Assembly: GCF_006345805.1 (NCBI RefSeq)
Contig: NW_021823999.1
Location: forward strand, 1-20,343
Source: Octopus sinensis
Taxonomy: Eukaryota
DNA: 20,343 nucleotides
Reading direction: 5' to 3'
Each line of letters opens with the position of its first letter. Position 1 is the stretch's first letter. Positions 1-10,434 of the stretch are shown one piece after another. The notes beneath the pieces were generated by a model. It worked only from the letters and a program-made list of their open reading frames with translations, had not been told where the DNA came from and did not search any database. Both the position numbers and the translations under genes were made by a program.

Positions 1-39
1 TCATTGCATATAGATATGTATGCATGTATGTATATCTGG

Positions 40-262
40 GTGTGTGACTTTTTTGTCTGTTTGTGACCCCCCATCACCACTTGAAAACCGGTTTTGGTGT
101 GTTTACATCCCGGTAACTTAGCGGTTAGGCAAGAATAAGTATTAAGCTTCAAAAATAAATCTCTGGGATCGATTTGTTCGAGTAGAACCCTTCAAGGCGG
201 TGCTCCAGCATGGCCACAGTCAAATGACTGAAAGAAGTTAAAGAAGGAAAATTTAAAAGAAT
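40..262 (+). mobile_element. SINE family A, 3' module
   Basis: ggtgtgtttacatcccggtaacttagcgg...aaggcggtgctccagcatggccacagtcaaatgactgaaa matches the 3' modules at 10833-11040 (-) and 17865-18026 (+). Confidence 0.8.
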
Positions 263-263
263 A

Positions 264-485
264 TATGTGTGTGTGTGTATGTATGTATATATATATATAT
301 ACACGCACACATACATATATATATGCATACATACATATATATATAAATATGTATATATATATATATATATAAATACATACAATATAATATTATATATGTA
401 TATCTATGTATACATACATACTAACATACATACATACTATCATATATATATAGATCTATATATATATATATATCTATATATATAT

Positions 486-530
<45 letters not shown>

Positions 531-535
531 TACAC
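264..535. repeat. Compound (TA)n/(TACA)n microsatellite
   Basis: Directly visible. Confidence 0.9.
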
Positions 536-1136
536 TCACACAGGTGTCTTTAAGAGCTTGGGGAAGGAAATTAGTCAGGTTTTCAATGCTATTTCTGTTC
601 TTACAAATCAGAACTCTGAAGGACGAAGCCAGTATTTTCGGCTGGTGACACACAATGAAATAACATAAAGAAATAACTCTACGAGTCCCACGACCCGATC
701 ACATCATTCATAGCTCATCGTCGTTTTCACACGCGTTATTTGTCAGGGAGACTCCACCCAACCTTATTCTTGCTTCGAGATGTCCTCCCACGTCCGTATC
801 AAGACGAGCGCAGAGAATGTCTTCGTACTTTAACATATTTTAGTCAACGACTGTATTTAATATATGCGATGTATATATATATACATATATATATATATAC
901 ATTACTAGGTCTTTGAGTATCACGAGGGCTAGAGATGGGAGCGATAAACTTCCATTGCTTATACTATACAGACACAAACTGTGTGACGATGGACACCTTG
1001 AAACAGTAGTAACATCGATCTTGTATAGGGCTGCCACATTCAGTTGGCAAATAAACTTTACTATATATATATATATATATATTTCGTTTTGGGATTTGGT
1101 TTGCAAGATTCTTTGTATGAGTTCGTGTGTTGAAGC

Positions 1137-1323
1137 ATATTCTGTTGTGTCTGGAGAGAATCATTTTCTTTTTGCGCCTTATAATGTAACACACTCACCG
1201 GTAAAATTTCCACGTATTTTTTATTTTTATTTTCCTAAATTTTTCGTTGCGTCTTGCAACCTTACCGGTGAGTGTGTTAAATTATAAGGCACAAAAAGAA
1301 AATGACTCTCCCCAGGCAAAACA

Positions 1324-1329
<6 letters not shown>
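1137..1329. mobile_element. Hairpin MITE-like element: 68-bp inverted arms around a 57-bp spacer, bounded by AT/TA
   Basis: 1137-1204 versus the reverse complement of 1262-1329: 62/68 identical by manual alignment. Confidence 0.75.
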
Positions 1330-1386
<57 letters not shown>

Positions 1387-1407
1387 TATATATATGTGTA
1401 TATATAA

Positions 1408-1450
<43 letters not shown>
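1327..1450. repeat. (TA)n microsatellite
   Basis: Directly visible. Confidence 0.95.
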
Positions 1451-1453
<3 letters not shown>

Positions 1454-1473
1454 AATATACGCACACACACACA

Positions 1474-2239
1474 CGAGGGTGGGTTGAAATGTTCATAGGC
1501 TGATTATGAAGGAGTGATGCTGTGAAATCTTGCATGCATTAATTCCAATCCCTCTTATTAATAACTGCATCGTTTCTTTCCAGGTAAACTGACATCTGAC
1601 TGTTCAAAGAAGATTTCAAAAGTAACCAGTTGCGACTTCTCTTGAAAATGCAGAAAATCTGGTATCATGGTATTATCAAGTTCTTGTAGAAAAAAGTGGG
1701 GTTTAGCTCTTAAAGACCTTCATGCTGACGTGGTTGCTACATTGGGGAATGACATTCCAGCTTTATCAACAATGCAAAAGGAGGTAGATGAATTTAAGAA
1801 TGGAAGGGAGAGTTTTGAAGGTGACTCATGGTCTGAACGTACTGCAACCTAGGAGAAAAACGTTGATCGTGTTCACCACTCGGTGATGAGTACTACGATT
1901 GGCTATAAACTACACAATCAAAATCATTAGCATATCCTGTGAGAGAGTTGAGAATATTCTGCACAATGAACTTGGTATGACGTTAGTTTTTGCTCAGGAG
2001 TGCCACGTCTTGTGACACCTGATCAAAAGCGCACCAGGTTGATCACATCGCAGGGAAAATCTGATGCTGTTTCCGGCAGGTCCAACCGGGTTTCCTGGAA
2101 CGTTCTCTAAGCCGGAATGAGTGTTGGGATCAACACTTCGAACCAGAGATGAAAAGACAATCCATGTAGTGGAAACACTCTCCTGCACCTGCTCCAAAGA
2201 AGGCCACAGCCGTTTCCTCTTCGGGGAAGGTCATGGCCT
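1474..2239 (+). mobile_element. Decayed, 3'-truncated mariner transposon (5' TIR plus N-terminal half of the transposase pseudogene)
   Basis: Starts cgagggtgggttgaaatgttc (mariner-type end). From ATG 1648, reading across stops and frameshifts: ..EFKNGRESFEGD..ILHNELGM..VPRLVTPDQKRTR..NECWDQHFEPEMKRQSM*WKHSPAPAPKKA..SSGKVMA. These correspond to the mariner WVPxxL and first-D (DETW) regions. Confidence 0.9.
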
Positions 2240-2278
2240 AAGCAATTCACCCGGCGTGCTAACGATTCTGCCAGCTCG

Positions 2279-2281
<3 letters not shown>
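2239..2281 (-). mobile_element. SINE family B 5' head fragment
   Basis: gtgctaacgattctgccagctcgcc matches 2746-2770 and 17078-17103. Confidence 0.7.
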
Positions 2282-2320
<39 letters not shown>

Positions 2321-2330
2321 ACTAATAATA

Positions 2331-2369
<39 letters not shown>

Positions 2370-2405
2370 TAATAATAATAATGATAATAATAATAATGAT
2401 AATGA
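2281..2405. repeat. (CTA)n followed by (AAT)n microsatellite
   Basis: Directly visible. Confidence 0.95.
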
Positions 2406-2585
2406 TAAAGGGATGTCAGAAACATCTAGATAAAAGCCCAGAAGAATCATGTCTCAGAGAAATCCAAAAGATTGTGCTGACAAGTACTGCTCATATCCTT
2501 AGAAAAACTCTACCCATTTAAATGTCTGTGTTGTATTACATGAAGATACAACAACAACACCAACAACAATAATAATAATAATAAT
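2402..2585 (+). mobile_element. 3' end of an R4/Dong-like (restriction-like endonuclease) non-LTR retrotransposon
   Basis: 2402-2521 translates MIKGCQKHLDKSPEESCLREIQKIVLTSTAHILRKTLPI*, resembling the 'EIQKxVLxxTAxILR' C-terminus of R4/Dong ORFs. A short UTR follows, ending in (AAC)(AAT)n, and the fragment is flanked by AAT repeats. Confidence 0.7.
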
Positions 2586-2599
2586 AACAAAAAGCTTGA

Positions 2600-2772
2600 A
2601 ATTTGGTGATGGGGGAAGATAGTTGATCAAATCGAGCCCAATGTTTCACTAGTACTGAGATTATCGTCCCATCCCTAAAGGATGAAAGGCAAAGTCGACC
2701 TAGGCGGAATTTGAACTCAGAACATAGCGACAGTATTTCGCCCAGCGTGCTAACGATTCTGCCAGCTCATCG
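2600..2772 (-). mobile_element. SINE family B (tRNA-derived), partial
   Basis: The minus strand reads gagctggcagaatcgttagcacgctgggcg...gttctgagttcaaattccgcctaggtcgactttgcctttcatcc, with a B-box-like GTTCAAATT. Confidence 0.8.
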
Positions 2773-2859
2773 TCTTAATGATGATGATGATGAAAATAAA
2801 TGAACAAATATTAAAATAATAGAAGAGAAGGTTCGACATCTCTTCTTCAGAATGTCAAG

Positions 2860-3000
2860 GCATTTCGTCCGCCTTGACATTCTGAGTTCCGCCGAGGTCG
2901 ACTTTGCCTTTCAGCCTTTCGGGGTCGATAAATTAAGAACCAGTGAAACACTGGGGTCGATGTAATCGACTGTTCCCCTCCTCCAAATTTCAGGCCTTGA
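2860..3000 (+). mobile_element. SINE family B, partial
   Basis: ttctgagttccgccgaggtcgactttgcctttcagcctttcggggtcgataaattaagaaccag...ctggggtcgatgtaatcgac matches 2600-2772 and 17112-17214. Confidence 0.8.
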
Positions 3001-3263
3001 AAGGATTAGTTCTTTCAGTTACACAGAAAAAATTGTAATAGTTTATTTTTATTATAATTATTTACAATACAATTTGGTGAATGGTAGAATCGGCAGAGCA
3101 TCGGGGAAAACATATTGTGACACGTAGTTTACGATCCCTCTACGTTTTGAATCCAAATCCCACCATTTTTACTTTTCTTTCTTCTGCTGGGTTGTTTAAA
3201 ACAAAGTACAAGTTTATGCTAGAAGTGTGCACAGATTCTACCACCATAATAAAGTCCATAAAG

Positions 3264-3738
3264 AGAAGTACACACAGCACTGTACTCTCTTAATAGAGTT
3301 CAGTGCTAGAAATACACACAGTAATGTACTCTCTTAATAAAGCTCAGAGCTAGAAATACACACAACACTGTACTCTCTTAATAGAGTTCAGTGCTAGAAG
3401 TACACATATGGCTGTACTCTCTTAATAAAGCTCAGTGCTAGAAGTACACACAGCGCTGTACTCTCTTAATAGAGTTCAGTGCTAGAAGTACACATAAGAC
3501 TGTACTCTCTTAGAGCTCAGAGCTGGAAGTACACAGAGCGATGTACTCTTTTAGAATTCAGTACTAGAAGTACACATAGCACTGTACTTTCTTAGAGTTC
3601 AGTACTAAAAGTACGCATAGCACTGTACTCTCTTAATAGAGTTCAATACTAGATGTACATATATGGCTGTACTCTCTTAATAAAGTTCAGTTCAAGAAGT
3701 CCATATATGGCTGTATTCTCTTAATAAAGCTTAGTGCT
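3264..3738. repeat. 44-bp minisatellite, 11 units, each with an internal palindrome
   Basis: Consensus agaagtacacacagcactgtactctcttaatagagttcagtgct. Units 6-8 are 41 bp (lack 3 nt). Confidence 0.95.
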
Positions 3739-3789
3739 AGGAATAGACGCACAGGAACAGACACTTGTGATGAGGGACAATTGACTTCA

Positions 3790-3915
3790 TTATTATTTTG
3801 GCTGGTACTTTTGTTTTTATCAATCCCAGAAGTAAGATAATCCCAGAAGTAAGATAGTTATCTGTCTGAGAGGGTGAAAGGTAAACTTGACTTCTGCCAG
3901 ATTTTGACTCAGAAA
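3790..3915 (-). mobile_element. Highly decayed SINE family B containing a 17-bp direct duplication (3823-3856)
   Basis: ctggtact...atcaatccc...gggtgaaaggtaaacttgac...ttgactcagaa resembles family B; atcccagaagtaagata occurs twice. Confidence 0.5.
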
Positions 3916-4819
3916 GTAAAAAGACGTGGTTTTTATAAGAACGATATTATTTCGAGATGTCGGACCACCAACTTTCAACTTTAGAATATATACAACCGAT
4001 ACTGATACAATATTTAAAAGTAATTTAGAAGAATGGCATTTTAACTTCCATCCTATCGAGGCCATATTTCTAATGAGAAAAAAAAATATTGTCTTTATGT
4101 TTCCATTAATTTTTAAAAATCAAAATTTTACAGAGATTTAGTAAAAAAATATATATTCGTCATATGAAGTTTTTGTTTGGAACATAACTAAACAAAAATC
4201 AGTTCTTTAGAAAAATATTTAATTTAAATAAAAACACTTTCAAACATGGAATTGCATCATAAAATTACAGGCTGTCTCGGATTAGTTGCTGTCAAAATGG
4301 TTTTATAATGTCATATTACGACCGAATTCTGTTGCTGATTGGAACGCTTCGAAATAGTTTGGAGAGATCAGCGAATTGTTTTTCTTATTTCAATTGTCAT
4401 TAAGTCGTAGTTGTTATTGTTATGGTTATTTTGTAATTAATTAAATTTTCATTGTTTGAATAGTTCTTTTGTATTATTTCAATCTTGACTTTTTTCTGCT
4501 TTACGTACGTCACATTCAGGATTACCAGAAATTCTAAAAGTATAAAAGGAAAAACATTATGGATTAATAAAAATATATGGGATACGAATGAGCATTAACT
4601 ACACATACATATACAAAAAGATATAGACACTCGTGTATCCTAACACACACACGCACCCACATACACAGAAAGACAGACATCCTCATAAATACACGAACGT
4701 ATATCCTTATTATCCGCAAGAAATTGACCGTTTATAGTCGTCTAATAATCTATAAGCCAGAAAAAATATGCACTCGTATGTTTATCAATAGAGTGGGTAT
4801 ATTAATCAAACTATACAGT

Positions 4820-5329
4820 ATTATAGATCCATTCCAGCGAATCTTACCAACCGGTTTCACACCGTATATTATATAACCGCACAGTTAACTAACACCACTT
4901 GGCCTTCAAAGATGGCAGATATGGAAAGAAATGTATTGATTGTTCTATTATAGAAGGTATGTAAACAAATTTATATTATATGTATGTAAGTATTTATGTA
5001 TATGTGTGTGCGTATGTATGAGTGAACGTGTGTGTGTGTGCGTGATATTTTCAATTTATAAGCCAGAGGAAAATTATAGATCCATTCCAGCGAATCTTAC
5101 CAACCGGTTTCACACCGTATATTATATAACCGCACAGTTAACTAACACCACTTGGCCTTCAAAGATGGCAGATATGGAAAGAAATGTATTGATTGTTCTA
5201 TTATAGAAGGTATGTAAACAAATTTATATTATATGTATGTAAGTATTTATGTATATGTGTGTGCGTATGTATGAGTGAACGTGTGTGTGTGTGCGTGATA
5301 TTTTCAATTTATAAGCCAGAGGAAAATTA
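4820..5329. repeat. Apparently perfect 253-bp tandem duplication
   Basis: 4820-5072 is repeated at 5073-5325 with no mismatch seen; 'atta' microhomology at the junction. Confidence 0.9.
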
Positions 5330-5607
5330 CTCAGTAGAGGAGAGAAGTGCATCGTAAATCTTAGTGTAAAGGTTACATTTTTTGGCGTAAACAACGAGCA
5401 TTCGTGAAACATACATACGCGCGCGCACACACGCACACACACATACACACATACACACAGGCACACACATATAATCCATAAAAATCATAAAATATTTTCT
5501 ATTTTGCTTCTGGCTCATCGGGAACTAAGCACTCCCAGACTTATCTTTGCGTACTGTATTCTGAATGGCCGGACAAGCTTTCTTTTCGAAGCTGTCACCC
5601 ACTGGAA

Positions 5608-6111
5608 TACATACATACATACATACTTACATGCATACATACATACATGCATACATACATACATACATACATGCATACATACATGCATACATACATACAT
5701 GCATACATACATACATGCATACATACATACATGCATACATACATACATACATGCATACATACATGCATACATACATACATGCATACATACATACATGCAT
5801 ACATACATACATACATGCATACAAACATGCATACATACATGCATACATACATACATACATGCATACATACATACATACATACATACATACATGCATACAT
5901 ACATACATACATGCATACATGCATACATACATACATACATACATACATGCATACATGCATACATACATACATACATGCATACATACATACATGCATACAT
6001 ACATACATGCATACATACATACATACATACATACATACATACATACATACATACATACATACATACATACATACATACATACATACATACATGCATGCAT
6101 ACATACATACA
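5608..6111. repeat. About 500-bp (TACA)n microsatellite interrupted by TGCA units
   Basis: Directly visible. Confidence 0.95.
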
Positions 6112-7119
6112 TATTTTTTTTATTTAATTGAAGCAACAAAATTGAGTTCTCTATAAATGGAAGATGGAAAATAATGGCCGTTTATTTAAGATTTTATTTA
6201 CCTTGTCAGTCAGTTGAAAGAAGGCTGCGTGGTCCTGGAGACTGTTAAGCAAACTTCTCTGAGTAGCGGTTCCCTGTATAATCACTGAACACTTTGTTGT
6301 TGTCAATGTTGTCTGAAATCAATCATCGAATCAATTAATCAATCAATTATTAATTAAATGATAATGATTTTCATATTTATTCTTTATACATTTCACTAGA
6401 TTCAAATGCAAATATGTTAGTCGCTGTTGTGTTCGCCACAGGAGAACGATTTCTCCTTTTTACGGCGACAATATGCTCATAACTCTCGCTGCTCATTGGC
6501 GCAAGGGTTTCTGGTTCACCAGTGTTTCGACATGTTCTGTCTCATCAGTGAGAAACATCCGGACCCGTGAGCCTAAACGAGCCACTGGCTTTGTTTCTAA
6601 TGTCAGCGAACACAACTGTTTTTCTGATCAGTGCTTATATCTGCCAACCGATAAAAAAAAATCATTATTTGTGCTGTGCAGAGCGAGATCTGGAACGATA
6701 ATTTGTCTGTTTATTCTAAATACATTCCAGCAGAATAAATGCAAATTATTTCGTTGAAATGTACGAGGTGAGACATTAAATTAAGATGTTAGCGGAACAT
6801 TTATTCGCTCGAGGCGAGCGAAAAAGAGATTACCAAGAAATATTCTGTTTCGAATGAGAGCGTTTCTACACGGTTCAATTGACCTGCTGCAAACAGCAAT
6901 AAAGTTTCTTGGGATCAGCCTTACCATTTTGCAAAGGGTAGAAAAATAGGACACAATAAGCAACGTATTGTTAGCTATACAATAAGACGTGATGGTCATG
7001 ACTGAAGCACCTTTGGTAATAGATGTATTCAGAAAGGCTTGGCATGCTGAAATTTCACCTGGACACTCGATATGCTAGAAACAGCAGCAAAAGCTCCTTC
7101 ATATTACATTTCCGCTTAA

Positions 7120-7244
7120 CAAATCCACTCAAAGTTTTGGTCGGCTCGAAGCTATTGTAGAAGACAATTGCTTGAGGAGCCGGACAGTGGGGCAGGAACC
7201 CCACATGGTTGGGCAGGAAGCTTCTTAACCACACAACCACGCCT
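7120..7244 (-). mobile_element. SINE family A, tRNA-like head, decayed
   Basis: The minus strand reads aggcgtggttgtgtggttaagaagcttcctgcccaaccatgtggggttcctg...gtcttctacaatagcttcgagccgaccaaaac, matching 17635-17800. Confidence 0.75.
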
Positions 7245-7441
7245 ACTGTAAGCTATTTGCCTGTGGCTACACAGCCACGTCTGAACAAGAAAAAAGCTTC
7301 AGACATGACATTCCCCAACGAAAGTTACATTGGTTTAAAGCCTACGAAAGACATCATATACTTGATGAGACTGTTTGTTCTAGGTACACTGTGCCTGAAT
7401 AAAAGACAGGATGGTCACGCCTGGAAATCTTTTATACTCAC

Positions 7442-7925
7442 GATATATCGTAGAATACGGTTTCTCCTTTTCCTCTTCCTCTTCCTCGACTTCCTGTTTG
7501 ATTTTCACTAACAAAATGGCTTTGCGCAGTGGCATGACGACCAATAGCGCGGTGGCGTTGATGAAGTTGCCGATAGCTACAGCTGGGTCGCGGAACACTG
7601 CATTGGAAGAGGTCGAGACTACCATCCAGATGAGGAAGCAACTGCTGGAACACAGGCAAGCGACCACGATCCAGCGCGACTCGTAGTAGTTCTTCTCGTT
7701 GTCCCAGAGCAACGAACCGAAGCATATGGCGAAAATGTCGAGAATTATGACAAATATGAAAGAAAGGGCCATGCCGGTGTCGTAGGAGTCTGCTGGGGTA
7801 CACCATTCGTAGTCGTGCCGCAGTTTGATGAGGGTATCTGGAGAACCTCTGCGCACGCTCATCGTAGGGTATAGGGTCACTGTTGAAGGCTTGACAAGAA
7901 GCAGCCATTCAGAGTTTAGGATGAC
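7442..7925 (-). CDS. GPCR exon I: end of TM4, ECL2, TM5-TM7 and start of an acidic C-tail
   Basis: Acceptor tttccag|GTC and donor TATC|gtgagt; 484 nt, phase 0 to 1. Contains EWC (ECL2 Cys), [40 protein letters not shown] and [11 protein letters not shown]. Confidence 0.9.
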
Positions 7926-8023
7926 CTGGAAAAACAAAGGAAGTGAAAAAAATTTTACATACATATGATTCTATATACATGCGTATGTACATAAAGAAAC
8001 ACACACACACACACACACATACA

Positions 8024-8055
<32 letters not shown>

Positions 8056-8304
8056 AATACACACGCACACATTAAAATCAATACTTCGTTTATCAACTGA
8101 TTGTCTAATAGTAAAACTGAAGTGATGTTCAACCAATACGTGTGTTTATTGACAAAAAGACCAACCCAAAGTACAACGACACACACACACACACTCTCCC
8201 ACTTTCACTCTTTCTCTCTTTCTCTCACACTTTCCTTCTCTCACACTTTCCTTCTCTCACACTTTCCTTCTCTCTATCACTTTCGTTCTCTCTCTCTCTC
8301 TCTC

Positions 8305-8338
<34 letters not shown>

Positions 8339-9696
8339 TGAAGAAGAAGAAGAAGAAGAAGGAGAAAAAAGAAGAGAGAAGAAGAAGGAGAAGAAAGAAG
8401 AAGAAGGAGAAAAAAAAAGAAGAAGAAAGAAGAAGAAAAGAAGAAAGAAGAAGAAGAAGAAAGAAGAAGAAGGAGAGAAAAGAAGAAGAAGAAAAAGAAA
8501 AAGAAGAAGAAGGAGAAGAAAAAGAAGAAGAAGAAGAAGAAGAAGAAGAAGAAGAAGAAGAAGAAGAAGAAGAAGAAGAAGAAGAAGAAGAAGAAGAAGG
8601 GGAAGCGCAGTCTTACTGTGCTAAAAATAAATAGAGCACAGTTTAAGCTATCTTTTCGCGGAAGAAGGTTTACGTTCCTATAACCTGTGTTAATTCTGTA
8701 ACCCTTTAAAATGGAAGATAAGAAAATTCATTCTCGGCACTTGATGCTTTGGGAACCAGACAAAAATTGCTCCACCTTGGCTGGGATGTGTTACCCCACC
8801 CTTCATATTCACCAGATACTGCTCCTTCGGATTTCCACTTATTCAGGTCTCTGCAGAATAGTCTTAAAGGTAAAAATTTCAATTCCTTGGATGACGTAAA
8901 AAGATAGCTTGATGAATTCTTTGCCACGAAACCACCTCAGTTCTGGGAAGAGGGTATTTTCAAGTTAAAGGAAAGATGGAGACGCATTGTGCAACAAAAT
9001 GGTTCATATTTGGTTGATTAAAAATGTATGGCATGGTTTTAGTGACCTTTTTCTTTCCTTTAAAAATCGGCATGAACTTTCCGGACAACCCAATATTTTA
9101 CCTGTACGCATGTTTGTGGAGTACTCAGCCACTGGAACGTTTATTTCACGAGCAAACTGTTCCGTTGATCGGATCAACTGGAGCACTCGTCGTCGTTACC
9201 GACAGAGCACCAGTTTATACATTCATGCTGGATGTATACAAAAAACATAAATGTTATAACTTTACCTGCACGAGAACGATGAGTAGCGTAACAATACCCA
9301 GTGCTAGGCTACTGGACAGTCGGCGGTAGTCGTGGCTATCGATCTCATTACTACTGTATCTCCAGTTGTCTACAGACTTTACACATAAGCAGGCAAAGCA
9401 GATAGCATAAACGACAGCCGTGGTGAACCTAGTTTCAACGAAAGAAAGCGCTCGTCAGTAAACTTTTTTAATGGTAGAAGCATAACAAAGTATAACAGAG
9501 TATAACACATTACAATCGGTGTGTATCAGTGTAAATATCGGAGTATGAGCAAACTTCAAGGTGAAAGTCATTATTATGAGATGATTAAACACCGGCTTTT
9601 AAATAAAGCATATTACACTACTCCTGGTATTTGAGTACTCTTTTTCCACCTTGTTTCACATTTATGTGTTTACTCCGGTATATATATATATATATG

Positions 9697-9763
<67 letters not shown>

Positions 9764-10392
9764 GACAGAGCCAATGACGTCTATTTCCACGTACGCGGAC
9801 AGAGCTATGAAGAATTTAACGTATTTTGAAAGTAAAGAAAAAAATGAAAGAAAATTATTTGCATCTGACCTTCTGGCTGCACAAACGGTGATGCTCGCTT
9901 GGGCAAAGAACGCGAAATTAACGCCATAAATTCCAAGAATACCGATTAAAAACAAGAATCCTAGACCTGTAGTTCCACCGCGGATCGGATAGGCAATGAG
10001 AAGGTAGAAGAAAAGCAGAACGGTGAAAATGATGCCGATACTGGTCAATACTGCCAGAATAATGGCCCATAGCGGCCAGTCGAAGAGGCGAACATCGTCG
10101 TCGTCGTAGTGGAAATAGTTGCGAATTGTCGATTCTTTCAGCATCAAGTTTGTTGCACCAACCAAAGAACTTGAACCTGGTATGCTAATTTCTGCAGTTC
10201 CTTGCTCATTTAGACAGCGACAGCCAGGACAAAACAGGATGGTCTGAAGAACTTCTTCTGTGACTGTTTTGAAGTTTGGTACAGATGGTTTTAAGACACC
10301 GTTGCTAAAAGTAGCGACCTGAAAAAAAGAAGAAAAATATCATTAAAAGCTACTATGTAAAATTTAGGGTTAGACAGATGTGTGTATATATA

Positions 10393-10434
<42 letters not shown>

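Noticed and set aside
536-856. Non-microsatellite island ending in a TA-cagtcg Tc1-like terminus on the minus strand
   Set aside because: No partner TIR or transposase similarity is visible in the window.
3264-3738. CRISPR-like array of palindromic repeats
   Set aside because: The units are contiguous tandem copies with no unique spacers, the context is eukaryotic, and there are no cas genes.
4335-4350. CCAAT-like box (gattgg) as a promoter
   Set aside because: An isolated short motif with no associated gene start.
6781-7074. Open minus-strand frame with donor ATG|gtaagg at about 6925 that could link exon I to the 6312 island in phase
   Set aside because: The acceptor is ambiguous and the hydrophobic, Cys-rich translation does not resemble a cytoplasmic tail.
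9662-9869. ORF read-through beyond the exon donors (e.g. [10 protein letters not shown]..., [10 protein letters not shown]..., [10 protein letters not shown]...)
   Set aside because: These are intronic extensions past strong GT donors that run into repeats; spliced phases give a better protein.
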